Below are positions 51,310-61,127 of a stretch of DNA of 64,000 nucleotides, piece by piece. The position numbers were made by a program, and so were the translations under genes. This DNA comes from Vicinamibacteria bacterium (GTDB lineage Bacteria > Acidobacteriota > Vicinamibacteria > Marinacidobacterales > Marinacidobacteraceae). The notes under the pieces are model-generated. The model did not search any database, was not told the DNA's origin, and saw only the letters and a list, made by a program, of their open reading frames with translations. The stretch lies in assembly GCA_964291235.2 (NCBI GenBank), contig OZ219815.1, positions 928,001 through 992,000 of the forward strand, in the 5' to 3' direction. The first letter of the stretch is position 1. The number at the start of each line of letters is the position of its first letter.

Positions 51310-51957
51310 ATGTGCCGTCTGCTCTGCGTCCGTGGCGAATCGGCGTTCGAGATGGAAGAGCACCTGACGGCGTTCAGCGAGGTGGCGAGGAACAGCCGCG
51401 AGTTTCAGGGCCACGGCTGGGGCTGCGCCTGGCTGGAAGGAGGCCGCTGGCGGATCTATCGCAACATCACGCCCGTCTGGGAAGACTCCGGCCGGCCGCG
51501 GGGACGTACGGCGCTCCTGCTCGCGCACGCCCGCAGCGCATTTCGGGACGAAGGGATTCGAGTCGAGAACAACATGCCCTTCTTCGACGGCGCCCGGGCC
51601 TTCATCTTCAACGGAGAACTGCGCGGAGTCCGGATCCGCGAGCGGGGAAGGATCGGCGCCGAGAAAGTCTTCAATTTCGTCAAGCGGTTTGACCGTGGCG
51701 ACTTGCGTCTGGCGCTCGAGCGGGGACTCGTTCGAATCGAGCAGCGGGCCCGCTACGTGCGTGCGATGAACATCATCGTCGCCGACACCACCGGCGCCGT
51801 CTCGGTCGCCAGCCGCTTCAACGAGGATCCCGACTACTTTCAGATGCGGCGGGCTACCGTGGGCACCGCCCGGGTGATCTGCTCCGAGCCCTACCGGGGC
51901 TCCGTGCCGGAGCCGGCGTGGACGCCCATTGCCAACGGTACCGTCACCGGGTTCTGA
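51310..51957 (+). CDS. Class II glutamine amidotransferase-like Ntn hydrolase (EgtC/YafJ/Dug3 type)
   Basis: N-terminal MCRLL (Cys nucleophile), HGWG, AHARSA, ENNMPF, FNG and CSEP. Confidence 0.85.
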   Translation: MCRLLCVRGESAFEMEEHLTAFSEVARNSREFQGHGWGCAWLEGGRWRIYRNITPVWEDSGRPRGRTALLLAHARSAFRDEGIRVENNMPFFDGARAFIFNGELRGVRIRERGRIGAEKVFNFVKRFDRGDLRLALERGLVRIEQRARYVRAMNIIVADTTGAVSVASRFNEDPDYFQMRRATVGTARVICSEPYRGSVPEPAWTPIANGTVTGF

Positions 51958-51974
51958 CCACGGGGCCCCGCGAC

Positions 51975-52766
51975 ATGTTGCTGATCAAGATCGGTGGAGG
52001 CGCGTCGATCAACCTGGAGGGCATTGCGGCCGATCTTGCCGAGACCGAGCCGCCGTTCGTGATCATCCACGGCGCGAACGCGTTGCGGGATGCGCTCGGC
52101 CGACGCCTCGGCGTCGAAAAGCGGGTGCTGACCTCGGTGTCCGGCTACACCAGCGTTCACACCGATTCCGACGCTTTGGACCTCATCCTCATGGCCTACG
52201 CCGGGCTGGCCAACAAACGGATCGTCGAGCTTCTGCAACAGCGCGGCGTAAACGCCGTCGGGCTCACCGGCCTCGACGGGGCGCTGGTCCGCGGCCGGAG
52301 GAACCGGGGAATCCGGATCCGGGAGGGCGGCAAGACCTTGATCCGGCGCGACCTGTCCGGAAAGCCCGCCGGGGTGAACGGCGACCTGCTGCGGCTGCTG
52401 CTGAACGCGGGATTCACGCCGGTGCTGACGATTCCCGTTCTCGATGAGCGGGGCTTCGCCATCAATTCGGAGAACGACGACATCCTGGCCGCACTGCATG
52501 AGGAAATGCGCGCCGATCAGGTCATCCAGCTGATCGAGGCGCCGGGCTTTCTGGAAGACCAAGACGACCCCGCTTCGGTGGTCGTCCGCATGGGGCGCTC
52601 CGAGGTCGAGCAGCGGGAGGCGCAGGTGAGCGGACGCATGAAGCGGAAGATGCTGGCGCTCCGACGGTTGCTGGAAGCTGCGGCGACGCGGGTGGTGATC
52701 GCCGACGGACGGGTCGAGCATCCCGTTCGGGACGCCCTCCGCGGGCGGGGGACGGTGATCGAATGA
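51975..52766 (+). CDS. lysZ: LysW-aminoadipate/glutamate kinase
   Basis: IKIGG, IHG, TSVSGYTS..TD, GLTGLDG..V.G.R, RDLSGK and MKRK. Confidence 0.92.
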   Translation: MLLIKIGGGASINLEGIAADLAETEPPFVIIHGANALRDALGRRLGVEKRVLTSVSGYTSVHTDSDALDLILMAYAGLANKRIVELLQQRGVNAVGLTGLDGALVRGRRNRGIRIREGGKTLIRRDLSGKPAGVNGDLLRLLLNAGFTPVLTIPVLDERGFAINSENDDILAALHEEMRADQVIQLIEAPGFLEDQDDPASVVVRMGRSEVEQREAQVSGRMKRKMLALRRLLEAAATRVVIADGRVEHPVRDALRGRGTVIE

Positions 52767-53917
52767 ACGCGCAGGCGACGGAGCGGAGGTATGGGCTGGA
52801 GGTCTATCCCAAGCGGGATCTGACCCTGGTTCGCGGGAGGGGCGCGGAGGTCTGGGATGATCGGGGGCGGCGCTATCTCGACTGCGTGGGAGGCATCGGG
52901 GTGGCGAGTGTGGGACACGCCAACCCGTTCGTGGCTCAGGCGATCGCCGAGCAGGCGCGGATCCTGGTGACCTGTCCCGGCATCTTCTACAACGACCGGC
53001 GGGCGGAGCTGCTCCAGAAGCTCGTCTCCATCGCGCCGCCCGGGCTGACGCGCGCCTATCTCTGCAATTCGGGAGCGGAGGCCGTGGAAACGGCCTTCAA
53101 GTTCGCCCGGATCGCCACGGGCCGCACCGGCATCGTCTCGGCCATGCGCGGCTTCCACGGCCGCACCATGGGCGCTCTCAGCGCAACGTTCAAGAAGGAG
53201 TACCGGGAACCTTTCGCTCCGCTGGTGCCGGGGTTCGCCTTTGTCCCGTTCGGCGACACGGAGAAGATGCGCGCCGCGGTCGGCGACGCCACGGCCGCCG
53301 TAGTGTTGGAGCCCGTGCAGGGCGAGGGCGGCGTGCGGCCCGCCGATCCCGCCTATCTGGCCGCCGTCCGCGCCCTCTGCAAAGAGGCCGGCGCCCTGCT
53401 GATTCTCGACGAATCGCAGACCGGGTTCTGCCGCACCGGCAGGATGTTCGCCTGCGAGCACTACGGGGTCGAACCGGATCTGCTGTGTCTGGCCAAGGCC
53501 ATCGCCGGCGGGGTGCCGATGGGCGCGGTGCTGGCGGGTGACGGGTTGCCGCCGCTCGTCGGCAAGCACGGGACGACGTTCGGCGGAAACCCGCTGGCCT
53601 GCGCCGCCGCGCTCGCCGCCATCCGGTTCATGGAAGACGAACGGCTCGCGGAACGGGCGGCGCAGCTGGGCGACCGGTTTGGTGAGCGCCTCTCCCGCTA
53701 CCCGCTCGCCCGGGTGCGCGCCGTCCGGCGACTCGGCCTGATGATCGGGATCGAACTGCGCGAGCGTTGCCGTCCCTACCTGGAGCGGTTGCTGGAAGCG
53801 GGAGTGCTGGCACTGCCGGCCGGGGCGACCGTCATCCGGCTCCTGCCCCCGCTGGTGATCACCGAGGCGCAGGTGGACGAAGTCGCGGACGCGCTCGTCG
53901 CGGCGTTGGGATCCTGA
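52763..53917 (+). CDS. lysJ: LysW-semialdehyde transaminase (class III PLP)
   Basis: [38 protein letters not shown] and [10 protein letters not shown]. Confidence 0.9.
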   Translation: MNAQATERRYGLEVYPKRDLTLVRGRGAEVWDDRGRRYLDCVGGIGVASVGHANPFVAQAIAEQARILVTCPGIFYNDRRAELLQKLVSIAPPGLTRAYLCNSGAEAVETAFKFARIATGRTGIVSAMRGFHGRTMGALSATFKKEYREPFAPLVPGFAFVPFGDTEKMRAAVGDATAAVVLEPVQGEGGVRPADPAYLAAVRALCKEAGALLILDESQTGFCRTGRMFACEHYGVEPDLLCLAKAIAGGVPMGAVLAGDGLPPLVGKHGTTFGGNPLACAAALAAIRFMEDERLAERAAQLGDRFGERLSRYPLARVRAVRRLGLMIGIELRERCRPYLERLLEAGVLALPAGATVIRLLPPLVITEAQVDEVADALVAALGS

Positions 53918-53999
53918 CACCGCCAGCGGAACAGCGTCGTTCACCGGAAAGTAGGATCGAGGTGCTGGACGTTGCGTCCCGATCGCCCCGCGAGGCCTC

Positions 54000-54422
54000 A
54001 TGAAGCGTAGGAAACCAACCGGAAGAACAGCGCCCTCGATCCTGCCACGCGGCGACAGCAGGAAGCGGCTGCAGAAAAAAGCCCGGCGAGGCCTTCGGGG
54101 CTACCCCGTTGGCACTCTGGCCTTCTATGGACCGGACGACCGCCGGGCCTCCAAGGTGGTCGCGTCCATTGTGGAAGGCCCGGAGGAGGACCCCTCCGAG
54201 ATGCGCAAGTGGTTCGACGATCAGGAAGACCTACGCGATCGGACCGACATCCTTGACGAGGTGACCGAGTTCTTCGAGCGCTTCGGTGTCCTCAGTGTGG
54301 CGATGTCCGAGAGGATCATCGGATGTCCGCACCAGGAAGGGATCGACTACGAGGGACCGATCTGTCCAAAATGCCCATTCTGGGCCGGCCGCAACCGCTG
54401 GACCGGAGACATCGTCAACTAG
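54000..54422 (+). CDS. Hypothetical protein with a C-terminal Cys/His motif
   Basis: GYP.GT.AFYGPDD.RASKV and IIGCPHQEGIDY....CPKCPFW. Confidence 0.7.
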   Translation: MKRRKPTGRTAPSILPRGDSRKRLQKKARRGLRGYPVGTLAFYGPDDRRASKVVASIVEGPEEDPSEMRKWFDDQEDLRDRTDILDEVTEFFERFGVLSVAMSERIIGCPHQEGIDYEGPICPKCPFWAGRNRWTGDIVN

Positions 54423-54519
54423 CTCGCGGCATCCGCCAGGACGGTGCCGCAGCCCAGCAGGGTGGCGACGCGCCACTCCTGGACTTGCACGGCGACGCGC
54501 GGTCCCTGCTCGGGTTGGC

Positions 54520-54810
54520 GTGAGGAGCGCCGGCCTCTGGCCGGCATCGCTCCGCGCAGCGGAGCGAAACGCGCGTCGCTGCTCAGCCGCACGGCGCGCC
54601 GGTACCGGGGGCGTTTCGCCGTCGCCGTTTGGCTGGGTGTTGTGCGGCCGATGAGGTTCGTGAGTTTCGCGGCCTGCGGCCGCGATGCCGGCCGGAGGCC
54701 GGCGCTCCTCGCGCTCCTTGCCTGGAAGTCCGGCGTTCCAACGGGTGATTCCCGTCGGGAGGGGAACCGTCCTGCGTCGATCTCTGCGGCGGAAGTAGGA
54801 GAAATCCGCT
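54520..54810. repeat. Cluster of REP-like palindromes plus a repeat family A end (minus strand)
   Basis: GAGGAGCGCCGGCCTCTGGCCGGCATCGC at 54522 is inverted against 54682-54710. The reverse complement of 54720-54810 matches about 3855-3965. Confidence 0.75.
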
Positions 54811-55607
54811 CAGGTCGGGCCGCGGCCCAGTCCCAGGTTCGTCTTGCCGCGGAAGGCGGTGTAGCCGTGCTCGCGCAGGAGCGCGCCGAGCGTGTCCTCG
54901 CCTTCGGGCCCGCAGCGGGTGGCGGCGCCAACCGAAATGATCGTCTCCGACTCGGCGGCGGCGGCCTCGACCTCTTTCATGACCTCGGGTACCTGCTCCA
55001 ACCGGACCTTGATTTCCACGATCGCGGAGAGGACGCGCTCGTTCAGCAGATCTTCCCGGATAGCTCCCGCCGCCACGTCGCTCATCAGGTTGGTGACCGG
55101 GTTCTTTTTTTCGAAGTGCACGCCGAGCGCCGCGAGGCGCCGGGTCACGCGGTCCATGTCGGCGAAACTGGCGGTCACCCCCGGTCGGCCGAACTCCACC
55201 GTCATCCCGCATTCGCCGACCGAAACCCGTCCGGTCACGTCATTCGTCTTGACTTCCTCGGTCCCGCGTCCGTGCACCCCGGTAGCTTCGTGGGAAACGA
55301 GCGGGTCGCTGAAAGCGCGGCGCACCACGCGCGGCCAGGCGAGTTCTTCGGGCTCGATCGCTGACGTCGGGCAGATGTCCGGTTCCGGATCGAAGCGGAG
55401 CCGCATCCAGCCGAGCACCCGCCGGACGGTCCGGATGAGCGTCGGGTTCAGCCGTTCGGTGCTGAGCCCTCGATAACACGTGTAGCACTCGACGCATTGG
55501 TCGCTGTTCACGACCGCGCGTCCGTCGTCGCCGATACTGATCGCCGACACCGGACAGACGGCCACGCAGTTTCCGCAGCCGACGCAACGGCTTTTCGAGA
55601 TCCGCAT
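54810..55607 (-). CDS. 4Fe-4S dicluster protein with an uncharacterised C-terminal domain
   Basis: CVGCGNCVAVCP and CVECYTC...ICP, then GRGTEEVKTNDVTGR and EFGRPG; 3 bp downstream of ino1. Confidence 0.85.
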   Translation of the reverse strand: MRISKSRCVGCGNCVAVCPVSAISIGDDGRAVVNSDQCVECYTCYRGLSTERLNPTLIRTVRRVLGWMRLRFDPEPDICPTSAIEPEELAWPRVVRRAFSDPLVSHEATGVHGRGTEEVKTNDVTGRVSVGECGMTVEFGRPGVTASFADMDRVTRRLAALGVHFEKKNPVTNLMSDVAAGAIREDLLNERVLSAIVEIKVRLEQVPEVMKEVEAAAAESETIISVGAATRCGPEGEDTLGALLREHGYTAFRGKTNLGLGRGPT

Positions 55608-55610
55608 GGA

Positions 55611-56945
55611 TCAGTCGGACGTTTCCCTCGTCTCCAGAGTGTATTCGCCCAGGTGGCTGATGACCTCTTCGCCCATGAGGTAGCGAAGCGTGTTGGTCAG
55701 CTTCTTCCGTTGGATGAAGAGGTCGTGCTCGGGATACACGCCCGGCGGGCTCATGGGGCTCTTGAAGAAAAACGAGAGCCACTCCTGGATCCCGCGCAGC
55801 CCGGCACGGGAGGCGAGGTCGAGGAACAGGGCGAGGTCAAGCACCAGGGGGGCGGCGAGGATGGAATCGCGGCAGAGGAAATCGACCTTGATCTGCATCT
55901 CGTAGCCGAGCCAGCCAAAGATATCGATGTTGTCCCACCCCTCCTTGTTGTCGCGGCGCGGCGGGTAATAGTTGATGCGGACCTTGTGGTAGAGATCCTT
56001 GTACAGGTCGGGATACATGTCCGGCTGGAGGATGTACTCCAGGACGCTCAGCTTGCTTTCTTCCTTGGTCTTGAACGAACCGGGATCATCGAGCACCTCC
56101 CCGTCCCGATTGCCGAGGATGTTGGTGGAAAACCAACCACTGAGGCCCAGCATCCTGGCCTTCAGGCCTGGGGCCAGGATCGTCTTCATCAGCGTTTGCC
56201 CGGTCTTGAAGTCCTTGCCGCCTACGGGGACGCCGTTCGCCGAGGCCAGTTCCCGGAGCGCCGGAATGTCGGCGCTGAGGTTCGGCGCTCCATTGGCGTA
56301 GGGGACGCCGCACTTCAGGGCGGCGTATGCGTAGATCATGCTGGGCGCAATGTCGGGCGAATTGCTCCGGAGGCCCTGCTCGAAGGTCTCGAGATCCCGG
56401 TGAACGGGCGCCTCGGCCAGGAAGGTCTCGGTGGAGCCGCACCAGATCATCACCGCGCGGGCAGCCCCCGATGATTGCCGGGCGCTTTCGATGTCCTCGA
56501 TGAGCTGTTTCGCCAGGTCCATCTTGTTGGCGCCCGTTTTGACGAACGAACCGTCGAGCTTCTTCACGAAATCGCGATCGAAGACTGCCGGCATCGGCCG
56601 AATGCCGGCAAGTTCGTCCCTGACGGCGTCGAGCAGGGCCGGCTCGAGCACGCCGGCCTTTTGCGCCGCCGTATAGGCGTCGTCCTCGAACAGGTCCCAC
56701 CCGGCGAAGGAGAGATCCTCGATCGGGACAATGGGCACAAAGTCCCGAATCAACGGGGTCCGGCCTTCCGTGCGTTTGCCCAGCCGGATCGTTCCCATCT
56801 GAGTCACCGACCCGATGGGTGCAGCCAAGCCCTTTCGAATTGCGTGAATACCAGCGATGAACGTAGTGCTGACGGCTCCCAGGCCGGGGAGCAGCACGAT
56901 GAGGCCACCATCTGCAGGCTGGACCGTAAATCCCGTTTTTGTCAT
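55611..56945 (-). CDS. ino1: Myo-inositol-1-phosphate synthase
   Basis: GLGAVSTT, WCGSTE, NGAPN, GKDFKTGQT, NILGNRDG and CRDSILAAPL. Confidence 0.95.
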   Translation of the reverse strand: MTKTGFTVQPADGGLIVLLPGLGAVSTTFIAGIHAIRKGLAAPIGSVTQMGTIRLGKRTEGRTPLIRDFVPIVPIEDLSFAGWDLFEDDAYTAAQKAGVLEPALLDAVRDELAGIRPMPAVFDRDFVKKLDGSFVKTGANKMDLAKQLIEDIESARQSSGAARAVMIWCGSTETFLAEAPVHRDLETFEQGLRSNSPDIAPSMIYAYAALKCGVPYANGAPNLSADIPALRELASANGVPVGGKDFKTGQTLMKTILAPGLKARMLGLSGWFSTNILGNRDGEVLDDPGSFKTKEESKLSVLEYILQPDMYPDLYKDLYHKVRINYYPPRRDNKEGWDNIDIFGWLGYEMQIKVDFLCRDSILAAPLVLDLALFLDLASRAGLRGIQEWLSFFFKSPMSPPGVYPEHDLFIQRKKLTNTLRYLMGEEVISHLGEYTLETRETSD

Positions 56946-57108
56946 AAGGGCGGCGGATTCTACGGCAACGACCGTTACCCGCTCCCCGTGACCCGCGCCG
57001 GCGGTGCGATCCTTCGAACGACGAAACGCTATTCTGCCCCTCCTAGGAGTTTGTCCCGGCCATGTCACGCGCATCGAGGCAGGCGAGCGCCCGTTCTCCC
57101 GGTGAGCC

Positions 57109-58653
57109 GTGAACCTGCCGGAACAGGCTCCTGAGGTTTTCCGGCTGCCATTCATGCGTCGCGGCGCCTTCCGTTTTCGGCTGTTCCTCCTCGCTCTGGG
57201 ATTGGTGGGCTCTGCATGGATCGCGGCGCCGGGGAAGAGCTCTTTCGCGCGGGGAGCCCAGCGCTCTCCCGAGCTCTGGATCATCGATCAGGGTGACGCC
57301 ACCGCCCTCGCGGTGAGGAGGCTCGGGGGCGTGGAGATGGTGCGCCTCGCCGAGGTGGCCGCGGCTCTCGGCGGCACGGTCCGGCCGGGAGAAAACGAGC
57401 GGCAGGCGGTGCTCCGCTTGCCGAACGAAATGCTCCGTCTCGATGCGGGAGGCAGTTTTGTCAGGGTCGGCGACAGCACCCGGGTTCTCAGAAATCCGAG
57501 CGTGCGCCGTGGCGGGGAGTGGTTCGTACCGCTGGACTTCGTCTCCCTGGTCCTGCCGGACATCCTTCCGGGCCGTACGCGCTACGACACGAACACGAGG
57601 ACGCTGGCGGTCGGTGAGGGATATCCCCGGCTCGAGGTCGAAGTCGCCAGCCGCCCGGGAGCCACCCGGGTGCTCGTGCGCACGGACCCGCCGGTTCCCC
57701 TGGAAATCGAACAGGGTCGGCGCCGGGTCTCGGTTCTGGTGCAGACGGCCTTCGTCGAGACCTCCTTCGCGGCAGCCACGCCGCAGGATGGCGTGGTGGA
57801 GAGCGTGAGACTCATTCGCCGGGGAAGTGGCTACATCCTCGATATCAATACCGGGCGCAACTACGGCCGTTTTCTCCAGGAGCGGGCTCCCGGCGCCGTG
57901 ACGCTCAATCTGATCCGCGCCGGCGTCCGCGCGGGGTCTGGAGCCGATGTCCTGGCGGTCAGGCCGGCCCCGGAGGCGCGGCGCCGCCGGGATCCGGTCG
58001 GGCCCGCGGAAATCCGCACGATCGCCATCGATCCGGGTCACGGGGGACAAAACCGGGGGGCCAGCGGTCGCGGCGGGGTCACGGAGAAGGACGTGGCGCT
58101 GTCGGTGGCGCTCGCGCTCGGTGATCTCCTCGAACGCGAACAGGGTTTTCGGGTGGTGCTGACCCGGGATTCGGATCGCGAGGTTGGCCTGGATGACCGG
58201 GTCGCTGCCGCCAACATGGCCCGGGCCGATGTCCTCATCAGCATTCACCTGAACGCTTCCCCCAGCCCGGCGGCCTCCGGGAGCTTCGTGTATCACCTCG
58301 CCCCGCAGGCGACGGGCCGCGCTCCGGCGGACGATGCGGTTCACTTCGTCCCGTGGAGCAGCGCGCAAGCGCCTTTTGTTTCCGCTTCGCGGCTGCTCGC
58401 GGAGGCGGTGGCCACCGAACTGGAAGGGCTCGAAATCACTGCCGGAGGGGTTGCCGATGCGCCGGTGAGGGTTCTGCGCGGAGCGGCGATGCCCGCGGTG
58501 CAGGTCGAACTCGGGTTCGTGACCTCCGGGCGTGACCTGTCGCTGCTCTCGGATCCGGGATTCCCGGCCCGGGCGGCGCGAGCCCTTGCCGCGGGGATTC
58601 TCCGGTACCAGCGTTCGCTTGCGGGCATCAGGCCCACGGGGGACTCGCGTTGA
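57109..58653 (+). CDS. N-acetylmuramoyl-L-alanine amidase (Amidase_3) with N-terminal stalk/AMIN-like region
   Basis: IDPGHGG, EKDVAL, LTRD, SIHLN and PAVQVELGF; signal-like N-terminus. Confidence 0.9.
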   Translation: MNLPEQAPEVFRLPFMRRGAFRFRLFLLALGLVGSAWIAAPGKSSFARGAQRSPELWIIDQGDATALAVRRLGGVEMVRLAEVAAALGGTVRPGENERQAVLRLPNEMLRLDAGGSFVRVGDSTRVLRNPSVRRGGEWFVPLDFVSLVLPDILPGRTRYDTNTRTLAVGEGYPRLEVEVASRPGATRVLVRTDPPVPLEIEQGRRRVSVLVQTAFVETSFAAATPQDGVVESVRLIRRGSGYILDINTGRNYGRFLQERAPGAVTLNLIRAGVRAGSGADVLAVRPAPEARRRRDPVGPAEIRTIAIDPGHGGQNRGASGRGGVTEKDVALSVALALGDLLEREQGFRVVLTRDSDREVGLDDRVAAANMARADVLISIHLNASPSPAASGSFVYHLAPQATGRAPADDAVHFVPWSSAQAPFVSASRLLAEAVATELEGLEITAGGVADAPVRVLRGAAMPAVQVELGFVTSGRDLSLLSDPGFPARAARALAAGILRYQRSLAGIRPTGDSR

Positions 58654-59267
58654 GTTCCGGGCGGAGCCGCGGGTCCCTTCAAGCAGCCTTGGCCCTGGCC
58701 GCGAGTCTGGGGGGGCTGGCGACCTGTGGCCCCCTTCCCGCCGGAGACTCCGACCAGGCGTCCGCTCCCGGCGGTGCGGCGCCGGGCGCCGGGGCCACCA
58801 CGGAAAGCGCCGCGGCGCCCGGCGGTCAGGATCAGGATCGACGCGACGCGGCGCGGCTGTTCACGGCGGGCCCGGACGGCCTCCTCCATCTCCAGGAGGT
58901 GGAACTCCCGCGGTTTTCCACGACCCGCGGCCGCGCCGAGGCGCTCGTCCAGAAAATCGTCGCGGAGTCTGGGACGTTTCCCGAGGAGGTGCAGGTTCTG
59001 GATGTGTTCGTGAGTGGCCGCGGGGTCGCGGTCATCAACTTCACGCTCGACCTGCTCGAGGGACACTCCGGCGGCCTGCATGCCGAGGAGTTGACGGTGT
59101 ACAGCCTGAGTCACACGCTGGTCGAGAGCCTTCCGGCAATCGCGGAGGTGCGGCTCCTCGTTGAGGGGCAGGAAACCGAGACCCTGGCGGGTCATCTCGA
59201 CCTCCGTTCGGGGTTCGGGCGGGCTCCGGAGCGGTTGTTGGCCGATTCCGACGGCGGTCGCGGGTGA
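58650..59267 (+). CDS. GerMN-domain protein (probable lipoprotein)
   Basis: E.LTVYSL..TL and VRLLVEGQETETLAGHLDL; lies between the amidase and rph. Confidence 0.85.
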   Translation: MSSGRSRGSLQAALALAASLGGLATCGPLPAGDSDQASAPGGAAPGAGATTESAAAPGGQDQDRRDAARLFTAGPDGLLHLQEVELPRFSTTRGRAEALVQKIVAESGTFPEEVQVLDVFVSGRGVAVINFTLDLLEGHSGGLHAEELTVYSLSHTLVESLPAIAEVRLLVEGQETETLAGHLDLRSGFGRAPERLLADSDGGRG

Positions 59268-59989
59268 AACGGGGCGGCGGACGCGGGGCGCGGGAGATCC
59301 GCGACCTCGGGCTCCAGACCGGGTTCCTGCGGCGCACCCCTGGCTCGGTTCTCGTCCGGCAGGGAGGCACCCGCGTGCTCAGCGCGGTCAGTATCGAAGA
59401 AAGCGTGCCCGCGTGGCTGCGCGGGCGAGGGCGCGGCTGGCTGACCGCCGAGTACGGAATGTTGCCGCTCTCTTCGGGGGAACGAATTCGGCGGGACCGG
59501 GGTGGGGTTCCCGGCCGCACCGCGGAAATCCAGCGCCTGATCGGCCGTTCGCTGCGGGCCGCCGTTGACCTCCCGCTCCTCGGCGAAAGAACGGTCCGGG
59601 TGGATTGTGACGTGATCGAAGCCGACGGCGGTACCCGGACGGCTTCCGTCACCGGCGCCTTTGTCGCGCTCGCCCTCGCCCTGCATCGGCTCTCCAGCCG
59701 GGGCGATTTGTCCGAAAATCCGCTGCGTCGCCAGATCGCGGCGGTGAGCGTCGGGGTGGTGAAGGGGGAAGTGCTCCTCGATCTGGACTACGCGGAGGAT
59801 TCCCGGGCGTCCGTGGACTTGACCGTGGTGGCGACGGCGGCGGGTGAGCTGATCGAAGTCCAGGGCGCAGCCGAAGCCGCCCCGTTTGGGCGAAAGACCC
59901 TGAACGAGCTCCTCGACGTGGCGCTCGAGGGAATCGCGACCCTGGCGGCGCGTCAGCGCGCCGTGTTGGCCGGGATTCCGCTGCCCTGA
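59264..59989 (+). CDS. rph: Ribonuclease PH
   Basis: GWLTAEYGMLP, RTAEIQRLIGRSLRA, DCDVIEADGGTRTAS and LDLDYAED. Confidence 0.96.
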   Translation: MKRGGGRGAREIRDLGLQTGFLRRTPGSVLVRQGGTRVLSAVSIEESVPAWLRGRGRGWLTAEYGMLPLSSGERIRRDRGGVPGRTAEIQRLIGRSLRAAVDLPLLGERTVRVDCDVIEADGGTRTASVTGAFVALALALHRLSSRGDLSENPLRRQIAAVSVGVVKGEVLLDLDYAEDSRASVDLTVVATAAGELIEVQGAAEAAPFGRKTLNELLDVALEGIATLAARQRAVLAGIPLP

Positions 59990-60037
59990 CCCACGGCGGG
60001 GGCCCGGGCTCTGTCGCCCGCGCCCGGGCTGGTGGCG

Positions 60038-61039
60038 TCAGTTCACCAGACCCGACAGCCAGTGGAGCGTGTTGAGCACGAACTGACGGTTGTCGTAGCC
60101 GGGCACGTTCATTCCGGCGCGTGTCGTTCTCGCCGGATCGTCGAACCTGGTGACCTGCGCCGACAGCATGGCGGCCTCGCCGAGCACCACCACCCTCCCC
60201 TCGCCAAACGTCAGGGCGATGCCCTGAGCCCGTCCGCGAGCGGGCACCGAGAGCCGTTCGACAACGTCGTCGACCGAAGGCGTCCGATTGGTGACCGCCG
60301 CCCGGACGGCTTCCAGGTCGGTCCGATTCCGTGACTCACGGGCGGAGTCGCTGAGTTTCATCAGCACCGTCGCGCCCGGGGGAACGCCCAGACTCTGACC
60401 CGAAAACGCCTTCAGGGTCGTCACCAGCTCCGACGGGTCGCGACCGCTCAGCAGCGGATGGGATCCGAGCAGCCCGTTCTCGCGTGAAGTCACGAACCGC
60501 GTCGCGATCGAGGCGCCCGACTCGCGAAAGTCCCACACCCAACCCTTGCCCATGGTGACCCCGAAGCGTCCGGCGAGGTTTTCGGCCGCACTTCCGAACG
60601 GGGCGTGGTCCGCGATCAGCAGCAGGGACCCGCCTTCCGAAACCCAGCCGGCGACGGCGTCCGATTCCTCTTCGGTGAGCGCCGGAGTGCCGGGAGCGGC
60701 CCCGGCCGGAGGCAGGGCATTCGAAATCACGAGGATGTCCACGGTTCCGAGGGCGTCCTGGTCAAAGGCGGCCGTTCCGGGCACCACCGTGTAGCCGTCG
60801 TTTCGCAACAACTCCGCGAATGGCCGATAGCGTCCCGTCGCGGTGTGGAAGTTCGCATGCGCTTCGTCGATAACCACGACCGGCCCTCCGGAGGAGTAGG
60901 CCGGCCGCTCCACGGCAGCATCGAAGTCCGGGTCCGAGGTTTGGGATTGGGCGCCCGCGGCCGCGGGCTGAGCTGCGAACGCGGCCGCCGCGCATAGCAG
61001 CGGAACGATCCTGATGGTCGGCAGCATTGGAACCTCCAT
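60038..61039 (-). CDS. Secreted class-I-GATase-fold (DUF4350-like) protein
   Basis: Signal peptide; IDEAHANFH, WV..GGSLLLIADHAPFG, GRVVVLGEAA and N.QF.LN...WL. Confidence 0.7.
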   Translation of the reverse strand: MEVPMLPTIRIVPLLCAAAAFAAQPAAAGAQSQTSDPDFDAAVERPAYSSGGPVVVIDEAHANFHTATGRYRPFAELLRNDGYTVVPGTAAFDQDALGTVDILVISNALPPAGAAPGTPALTEEESDAVAGWVSEGGSLLLIADHAPFGSAAENLAGRFGVTMGKGWVWDFRESGASIATRFVTSRENGLLGSHPLLSGRDPSELVTTLKAFSGQSLGVPPGATVLMKLSDSARESRNRTDLEAVRAAVTNRTPSVDDVVERLSVPARGRAQGIALTFGEGRVVVLGEAAMLSAQVTRFDDPARTTRAGMNVPGYDNRQFVLNTLHWLSGLVN

Positions 61040-61127
61040 GCGGCAGTCAGCAACCGGCCCGCCCCTGCCCGATCCGCCGGGGGTCTTGACGAGCGGCGCC
61101 GCGCTGGCGATCGTAGAGTGTTAGATC

